From NCBI GenBank assembly GCA_043228905.1, contig JBHGNT010000004.1:5828001-5892000 (forward strand): a stretch of 64,000 nucleotides of DNA, given 5' to 3'. The notes under the pieces were generated by a model that was given only the letters and a program-made list of their open reading frames with translations, searched no databases and had not been told where the DNA came from. A program made the position numbers and the translations under genes. Shown here piece by piece: positions 56,001 to 64,000 of this stretch. Position 1 is the first letter of the stretch, and every line of letters begins with the position of its first letter. Source of the stretch: Azolla caroliniana. Its lineage: Eukaryota; Plantae; Polypodiophyta.

Positions 56001-59000
56001 AGCTCTCCGGCTCACGCACTTCCGCTACACGGGTCATGTACGCATAATGATGTGCCATGTACTCGTTGTGTCTGAACCGCACCACTGGGTTCTTCTGGCG
56101 GGTAGATCGGCGTAATTGGTCATTAGCCGATGTCGAGGTCTTCTCGGCCGACGCGGACTTCGCTCTTGAAGACCCGTCACCGCTTCCCTCGGAGTCGAAC
56201 TCACGTCGGTCTGACTCGTTCCTATCCGTGCCGGAATTCGACACCTTCTCCTTCCCTTTCTCTTTGCGCATAAGCCGTCTCCTCGGCTTCCTGCACGGGG
56301 AATGCATGGCTGAGTCTCCACTACTCACCAGCTCTTCATCGGACTGGTCGAACCGACTCAATCGTCCATGCAATCCACTTAACCAAAACGAAATCGGACT
56401 CTCTTCGCGGGTCCCGATTTCAGGCTTATCCGGAGGCATCTCAGTCTCACTGACCGCATTGTTAGAGCTCGGATTGGAGTTGAGGTCCGGAGTCGGAGGC
56501 AAGTATCAGGGCACGGACTCGTCAAACACAACGTCGCGGCTCATGTGCGTTTGTTTGGTGCGTGGGTTATAACACTTATAACCCTTCTGCTCGTCCGAAT
56601 AACTGACCAAGATGCATTTCTTGGCCTTTGCGTCCAGCTTCCTCCGTTTCTCCTTCGACACATGCACATACGCAATGCTACCGAAAACTCGTAAGTGTCG
56701 CAAGTTCGGCTTCGTTTCGAAATATAGCTCATGCGCCGACACTTTGTCTCCGATCCGGTTTTGGATGTATACTGCGGTCCTTACCGCCTCGGCCTAGTAG
56801 AACTTGGGCAAGTTCTTCTCCTCCAGCATTTCCCGTGCCACTTCCACAACCATCCGATTTTTACTCTCGGCCACGCCGTTTTGCTCCGGCGTGTATCTAC
56901 AACTGAATTCGCGCTGAATTCCCATATGTTGTAGATAACTGTTGAATTGACTGGAAAAGTATTCTTTTCCGCCATTCGACCGCAGGCACTTGATCTTCCT
57001 TCCTGTTTCTGTTTCCACGAACCCTTTGAGGTCCCGAAAATAGTCGAAGACTTCGCTCTTCCTCTCAATGAGGTAGATCCACGTGTGCCGCATGTAGTCG
57101 TCGATGAAGGAGACGAAATATCGGCTCCCGCCAAGACTAACGTTTTGTGCTAGCCCCCACACATCGGAGTGTATCAAGTCGACCTTGTTCCGGCTCCGAT
57201 TACGCTCGTTGGGGAAGGGAAGTCGGTGTTGCTTCCCAAGCTAGCAGGCTTCACAAATTTGTGCCTTCCAGCCACTAAATTTGAGCAATCCGAACACCAC
57301 CTGTTTCGATTGCAGGTCCTGAAGTCGTTGGTAGTTGACGTGGCCTATCCGCTTGTGCCATAAGTCGATGTCCGACTCAACTTTTTGTCCCTTCGTGAAC
57401 ATTGCGGTGCCACCATCAGTAGAGTCGAGGATGAACATCCTCCCATCTTTGCGCCCTTGCGCAATAATATGGCCTTCTTCCTCAATGAAGCACCCGAGGT
57501 GTGTAAACCGGACCTCCATCCCTTGGTCGACGATCTGTCCGACCGACACCAAGTTCTTCGTGATTGTCAGAACGTGTAACACGTTCATAAGTTTCCCTTT
57601 CTGCCCGACATGGCTCAAGGGAACTTCACCGTCATTCGCGATCGGATGCGGAGTGTCGTCTCCGGTTGCGACTACTCTTGGTTGCATCGGTTTCTCAAGG
57701 TATGAAAACCACTCCTTGTGGCACGTCATGTGGTTTGACACGCCGGAGTCGACGTACCACACCTCGTCCAATTTCGGGGCGGACTGCTTCATTGAGTTTG
57801 TTTCCTGTCTCATCACGAAGACTGACCCTTTTCCGGCTTCTCCGGATCCTTCGGCATAGTGCGATAGTTGCCGATTTCCTTTGTCGGTCTATTTGGAACC
57901 TGTTCCGGACCCGGTTCTCTCCGAACCGGCGCGTTTTTTCCAGCACTCGCTCTCCCTATGGCCTTTCTTGCCACAGTACCAGCATTCCGCGGCGGATTTC
58001 CCTTGCCGGTTCTCGTCACCTCGACTCCCCCTGTTTCCGGAGGGTCCGGAATTGCTGTCGGCATCACTTCGGTGCCTTCTTCCTTGATCCCGTCGGCCGC
58101 CTCCATTGCGTACCGACTCGCCTCGTCCACCACGATCACGGGGCCTATCTCCCTCCGTGTACAACATCTTGCTATCGGCATGCGTGCTTGTCGACGCACC
58201 CACGTGGTTCTCCTCTATAAGGAGCATCGACTGTAAGTCGAAAAACGACGATGTATTCTCCCGTGTACACACAACAATTTGGAACGCTCCGAACTTTGAC
58301 GCCAAACCCCCGAGACAGACCTGGACCATCTCGCTTTCCTCGATGTTCACATCGATGGAGGCTAAGGAGTCGCATATGTCCTTGATCTTCGAGGTATAGT
58401 TAGCCACCGACAAATCGCGTTGTCATAGGTTGCTCAACTCCTATTGGAGCTAAAGCTTCCTGGCTATGGTGCTTGCGGCGAAGTTCTTCTTCAGATTTTC
58501 CCACGCACCCTTCGGCGTTTTTGCATCCCAAACGTAGCTTAATAGTTGTTCGCCCACACAAGACGCGAAACAGTACAACACTCTGCTCGCCGATTGTTCC
58601 CACACCGGGAAGTCTTTGTGTGTCGAATCGGGTGCTGTGTCATTTGCTCCATCGACATAACTCCAGTAACCGTGTCCGAGCAGGTACTGGTGCATCTTGT
58701 AGGACCAAGATGCGTAGTTGGTTCTGTCGAGCTTCTCCGTCGAAAGCGAGCTAGCCATTCCTCTGTCCATCGGTTTTCTTGTTCTTCTTCGTTGGTTTTT
58801 CCTTCAAGCAAAGTCGGCTGCAGAGGTTCTCAACCCTCACGCTTTGATACCATGAAAAGAATGGTGTGCGGAAGCAATATAGGAAACCGAACAACAGAAA
58901 ACGCAGGTTTAATGGAAAGCTTAAGTTTGCATAGTACGCACGGGAGAGACAAAGAGAGAGTAAAAACCAGAAGTATGTTCAAAAAATAATACTCGATCTG

Positions 59001-59300
59001 TACATACATCGTGCTCAGTGAGCACCTTTTATACAAGCCCTAACAATCGTGCTCAGTGACACAAGTACTGACAGTACTTGACTGCTCATAAATGAGCCTC
59101 GACACTCACTCCCAAAATTATTCTTTTACGAGGAATATCTCTCTAACGGCCTTTCGGTTTACGCACTGATACGGCCTCTTGTTACGCACCGGTTTATGCA
59201 TCCGTTTTACGCACCGGTTCGGCCTAACTGACCGGTCCCAACTGATCCGGTCCCCGGCTTGCTCAGCCAATCCGGCTGATGTTGAGCTTGTCTCTCAACA
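53007..59300 (-). mobile_element. Ty1/copia element I (coding region related to A), decayed
   Basis: LTRs 53007-53948 (with insertion) and 58853-59300; TSD TTATG; PBS TGGTATCAAAGC 58841-58852; fragmented gag-pol 58770-54480. Confidence 0.95.
53327..53791. mobile_element. Solo LTR nested in the 3' LTR of element I
   Basis: Absent from the 5' LTR; TA(TG)...CA ends; perfect TSD GATAC. Confidence 0.88.
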
Positions 59301-59474
59301 TTATGGAACCCTTTGTTCACAACATCAAATGGGTTGGTGCTAGGTTCTAAACAATGGTTGGCTTGGGGAAAATGGCAAAAGGTCTTGCTAACTCAATCAA
59401 GACCTAATAGGTTTTTTTATTGGGCTCCTAGGAGGAACAAAAGCAAGGACTAGCTAGGATGCATAGAGGACAAA

Positions 59475-61648
59475 TGTTAACTCTTAGGGCCGGACAATGG
59501 CCTAACACAGGGTGTCTACGGAAGACACTTCACCAAAGGGGTGTTACGGCAATAGGATTAGACTCAATGATTAATCCGACTTAATTAGGCTACTTAACAA
59601 GATCGTCCTTAATAATCACACGCGTAAGATATAACAATGAATGCAGAATGGCAATTAACACAGAGAGATAACAACACTAAGCTTTATTAATTAACCGCTC
59701 CTCATTACATTGTATCCGGGCCTTTAAATAGGTTTCCGGTCTGTAGTACAAAACGGTGCCATCCGCACCTATTCGGGATCGGTCCGGATCCAGAACGGCC
59801 TACCGATTCCGGTCCGTCCGTCCACACTCATAGCTTACATACAACCATTCCTAATAATTAAATAACTCCTTCGTTTCACACTCTGGACTCCTTTGCCGGC
59901 CAGTAACACATGGCACGCCCATGGGACAGTACTTTGTACGTCGAATCCACCATCCAACCCTTGCTATTCTTCGTCCAAAATATCCAGAATGCTTTGTTCG
60001 AGAGTCTCCAATGGTTCATCTGGAATTGGTTGTTGTTGTTGTTGTTGTTGTGGTTGCTATTGCTGCTTTGTTGATTGCTGCTGCGACTAGTCCTTTGGTG
60101 GCTGTTGCGGCTGCTCCTCCGTTTGTTCCTCTGACACCGGCGTTTCCGTCGTAGCGGTCTCTGGTTGATTGGTTCCGGCCTGGCCCTCGACCGGCGACGG
60201 TTCCTCATCACTAAGGTTAACCGTTGTCGCTTCCCGTGCTTTTTCTTCCCGAACCCGGGACCGCTCGTAACTTTCAAACTAGATTTGAGCGTCCAGCCTA
60301 TCATCGTCTAGCTGAGCTACGAGTTGTCGAACCTGCGCCAGCTGTTCATCCGCTAGGACTTGGAAGTCTTCGGCCAACTCATCCCGTATGGCGGTGAAGT
60401 CCTCGGAAGTCAACGTGTAACAATCATCTCCTTCCTTCCGCCGGTTTGCCACGTTTGCCCGTAGCAATTGGAGTTCCGCCGCATTTTGTGCCCACTTTGT
60501 CCACCATCTTACGGAGCTTTCGTCAATCCAGCGTTTTGTGTAATTCAGCCATGCCTGGAGGATGCACTGAATCCGGCCTGTTCCCAATTGCGATTTGATC
60601 TCCGCCGCTTGCCGTTCCTCCTTCAATTGCTTGATGATTTTGACGTTGTCTTCCGCCTGCTCCTTGTAATGCATCAATTGCCTTTGATATGTGCTTTGTA
60701 ATTTTTGCAATACCGTTCACGCTCTCTCCTTTTCTTCCTATTGTTGCCTCTGGAGCTCCATCTGGACCTTCTCCGCCTCGTCAACCGTCTTGTATTTTCC
60801 GCACGTTCGTCGGCGATTGCCGTCGCGGCCCGATCAACTTCCTGCTGGAGCTCGGCCATCCATTCCTTATGCTCCGTTTCCAGCCGTTTGTAGTCCCGGT
60901 GCAGGTGCTCAAAATCATCTGTCTTTTGCTTGAGCCGTGCGTTGATCTGTCGACGGGCCCGGTCCTCGCGGTCCTTCTGCTGGCGAAGCTCTTCCTTTAG
61001 ACGTTCAATTTCCGTTTCCGCCATCTTCCGTAGCTTGTCCTTTTCCTGCAGCACTTTGTCTTTTTCCTCCCTTAGCCGGTCGTACGCTTGATGGCCTTTT
61101 CGGAGGCTCTCCTCTGCCCGGCGGAGGTTCTCAGCAGTCTTCTTTAATTCTGCTTCGGCCGTTGTCTTCAATTCCCGTTCCCGGCTCCTTAGCGCTTCTT
61201 GTGCGGCAAGTTCATCTCTCAATTCCACAAGCTCCTGGACTTGCGCCGCATCTCTCTCTAGAACGGTTTCCGTTGTCGGGGTCTTATTGGTATGTAAAGG
61301 TTGATCTGTTTCTTTATTCTGTACACTTACCGGAGTCACTGGTGTTTGGATCTGTGTTGCCGTTAAGGCCATTTTGGCCATCTCTACCGTGACCTAATCC
61401 AAGTCTTTTTCAAGGCACCGGATTCTGGACCGGGCCGTCTCTAGTTGTGCGGTTGTGACGAGAAATCGTTCGCTTTGCGCTCTTTCTTCCGCCTCAATAT
61501 ACCCCACTACTCCGGCAATCTATTTGCCTATCCACCGGAGCCACAGGCTACCGGTGCATTGTTGTTGTGCTTGCACGGTGGTTTGACAGATGGGCTTGCT
61601 TGTAGATGGGTGGTCCTGCCTGATTGCGCCGAGTTGCAATTCCATTTC
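59475..61648 (-). mobile_element. 3' end of an unclassified LTR element K: probable LTR 59475-59880 plus extra coiled-coil ORF
   Basis: TGTTAAC...TTTCACA ends; purine-rich GGCAAAGGAGTCCAGAG precedes it on the minus strand; second LTR lies outside the window, so boundaries are tentative. Confidence 0.55.
59876..61381 (-). pseudogene. Frameshifted coiled-coil protein with a CAA-repeat (Q/N-rich) tail, function unknown
   Basis: Three overlapping same-strand ORFs (60674-61381, 60279-60710, 59876-60304); E/K/R/Q/L heptad-rich. Confidence 0.65.
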
Positions 61649-64000
61649 TGTAAGGAATCGACGCTTCGATTCACCTTCACCACTCGGCCACAACCGAGTA
61701 AGCGCGAATCAATGCAGCAGAAAATAGGAACCACAGAGAGAAACACACGAATACACAGGGATTAACGTGGAAAACCCTAGACGGGAAAGACCACGGGAGT
61801 ACAAGACTCCAAACCAAAACTATACAGAGAAGTATACAATGGCGAGCTGCAAGGCGACGACCTTGAGCTCGTTGTCCTCGCCACAGGTGGCGGAAATACA
61901 CAGAGGCGTCGTCCTCTTCCTCTCTCACGCTCTATCTCTCTCTCTCTCTCACGGCTGCTCCCTCTTCACTCCTCTTGAGTGGAAAAACAGAAAAATGATC
62001 AGCAGCAATAAAACAGTTTGCCCTAAGTCATATTTATACATATATGACTTTGGGGCTATTTACAACTATAGCCTCAAGGGCCCTTAGCAAACATATTCAC
62101 GGATATGTCCCCGCATCCGGATCTCTCTCCGGGTACATTCGTCATCCGGCTCCGAAGCCGGGGTCTTCATCATCCGGTTCCGAAACCGAAACCGGGCTCG
62201 TCGGCATTCATCTCCGACATCCGACCATCCCATCCGAAGGGACCGTAATCCCAACAAACTCCCCCTTCACTTCGGCATGGGATGTCTCTCCAATCCGATC
62301 CTCTTCCGGCATGCTTCCAGCTTGTCGGGTGTGAGCACCTTGGTCAGCATATCCGACCCGTTCTCGTCCGTGTGGATCTTTGTCAGCACGAACTCCTTGT
62401 CTTCTATCCTTTCCCGGATCCAGTGATATCTTCGCTGGATGTGCTTCGTCCGGGAGTGATAGGCCGCGTTCTTCGCAAGGTGGATTGCACTCTGACTGTC
62501 GCAGTAGAGTCGGTACTCCTCCTGCCGGATACCGAGCTCTCTAATGAAGTCCTTCATCCATATTATTTCCTTGCCGGCTTCAACAGCTGCCATGTACTCC
62601 GCCTCCGTGGTTGACAACGCAACCGTCTTCTGCAGCCTCGACTGCCACGAAACGGCTCCCCCTGCATATGTCATCACATACCCTGATGTGGACCGGCTGG
62701 TATCTGCGTCAGCCGACATATCCGAATCGGTGAAGCCATCGAGTTCGGGCTTACCGGATCCGAATCGGAGGCACACGTTTGCCGTGCCCTTCAGGTATCG
62801 GAGTATCCACTTGGCCGCGTTCCAATGCTCTTTGCCGGGATTGCTCATGTACCGGCTCACCGCTCCGACTGCATATCCGATGTCCGGTCGGGTACACACC
62901 ATTGCGTACATCAAACTCCCGACGGCAGAGGCATATGGTACTTTCATCATGTCCTCCTTCTCAGCCTTTGTCTTGGGACTTTGCTTGCTGGACAGCTTGC
63001 AGTTTGCCGGGAGGGTCGATCCGACCGGTCTTGCTTCCGACATGTTGAACCGGTGAAGCACCTTCGTCACGTACTTCTCCTGTGACAGCCACAACTGCTT
63101 CTTCTTCCGGTCCCGGATGATGTGCATCCCTAGTATTTGCCTCGCCGGACCCAGGTCCTTCATTGAGAAGGTTCGGTGAAGAGCCTTCTTCAGCATCCGT
63201 ATCTTGACCTGGTCCCGTCCGACGATCAACATGTCGTCCACGTACAGGAGGAGTATTAGAAAGTCTCCTCCTTCGAACTTCTTCACAAACACGCAGTGGT
63301 CGGACTGCGTTTTGAGGTACCCTTCGTCGGTCATGAAGGAGTCGAACTTCCGGTATCATTGCCGGGGAGCCTGCTTCAGTCCGTAAAGGCTCTTCTTCAA
63401 CCGGCATACCAGGTGCTCCTTACCTTTCTTCTCGAATCCTTCCGGTTGCTGCATGTAGATCTCTTCATCGAGGTCACCGTGAAGGAATGCCGTCTTCACG
63501 TCCATCTGTTCTACCTCGAGGTCCATGCTTGCCGCTATGCTCAGCACCGTCCGGATGGAGGTCATCTTCACTACCGGGGCAAATATCTCGTCGAAGTCGA
63601 CGCCCTTCTTCTGCTGAAACCCCTTCACCACGATCCTGGCTTTGTATCTCGGGGGGTTTCTGGCATCTCCCGGTTTCAGCTTGAACACCCACTTGTTTCG
63701 AAGTGCCCGCTTTCCTTTCGGCAACTCCACAAGTTCATATGTGTGGTTCTCATGCAGGGAATCCATCTCGTCCTGCATGGCACTCAACCACCTGCGGCTC
63801 TGGGTGTCATGTTTTGCTTCTTCAAAGCTCTCCGGCTCCCCCTCGTCGGTTAGCAGCACGTGCTCTGGTTCCGGAAATCTCCGGGGGGCCCTTCTCTCTC
63901 TTAGAGGATATCTCCGTTCCGGAGCTTCGGTAACCGGTTCTTCCGATTCTTCTTCATCCGAATCCATTTCGGGATCGGGGCCGGTTCCGGTATCAGTTTC
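61649..64000 (-). mobile_element. Ty1/copia element J (same family as B and H), 3' part, truncated by the window edge
   Basis: 3' LTR 61649-62256; RT-RNase H nearly identical to H, with a TGG>TGA nonsense change at 63356-63358. Confidence 0.96.

Larger units (their letters stand above)
38160..59474 (+). mobile_element. Decayed L1-type LINE ORF2, interrupted by elements F, G, H and I
   Basis: Endonuclease motifs SWNV (~38170), WCITGDFN (~38600), SRLGRFY (~40020), LDHA (~45275); RT motifs PCMDG, PITILNT..KILAK, LDF.KAYD, IRQGC, EFADK, LPRSEGGLG in 50998-53006; tail 59301-59474. Confidence 0.85.

Overview
Gene-free, repeat-dense plant nuclear DNA, most likely from a non-seed plant such as a fern (inferred from Tcn1-like chromoviruses, Tork-like copia, L1 and intron-containing plant tRNA-Met). 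No host protein-coding gene is supported. Most of the window is nested retroelements: at least five Ty1/copia elements (one, 45670-50997, has an intact ORF and apparently identical LTRs), several chromovirus-type Ty3/gypsy elements and solo LTRs, non-chromovirus gypsy relics with extra ORFs, and a decayed L1 LINE split by four LTR insertions. Notable structures: (1) a ~5.3-kb array (4745-10095) of 17 intron-containing elongator tRNA-Met genes/pseudogenes in an AT-rich satellite with higher-order structure; (2) chromovirus LTRs that carry a tRNA-like A-box/B-box module at the U3 tip, pointing away from the element; (3) an 11-nt self-priming PBS in two chromovirus families with unrelated primer sequences, in both cases forming one arm of a palindrome across the predicted transcription start; (4) conserved -1 frameshift signals and a conserved PPT-enclosing hairpin. 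All coordinates and alignments were read by eye.
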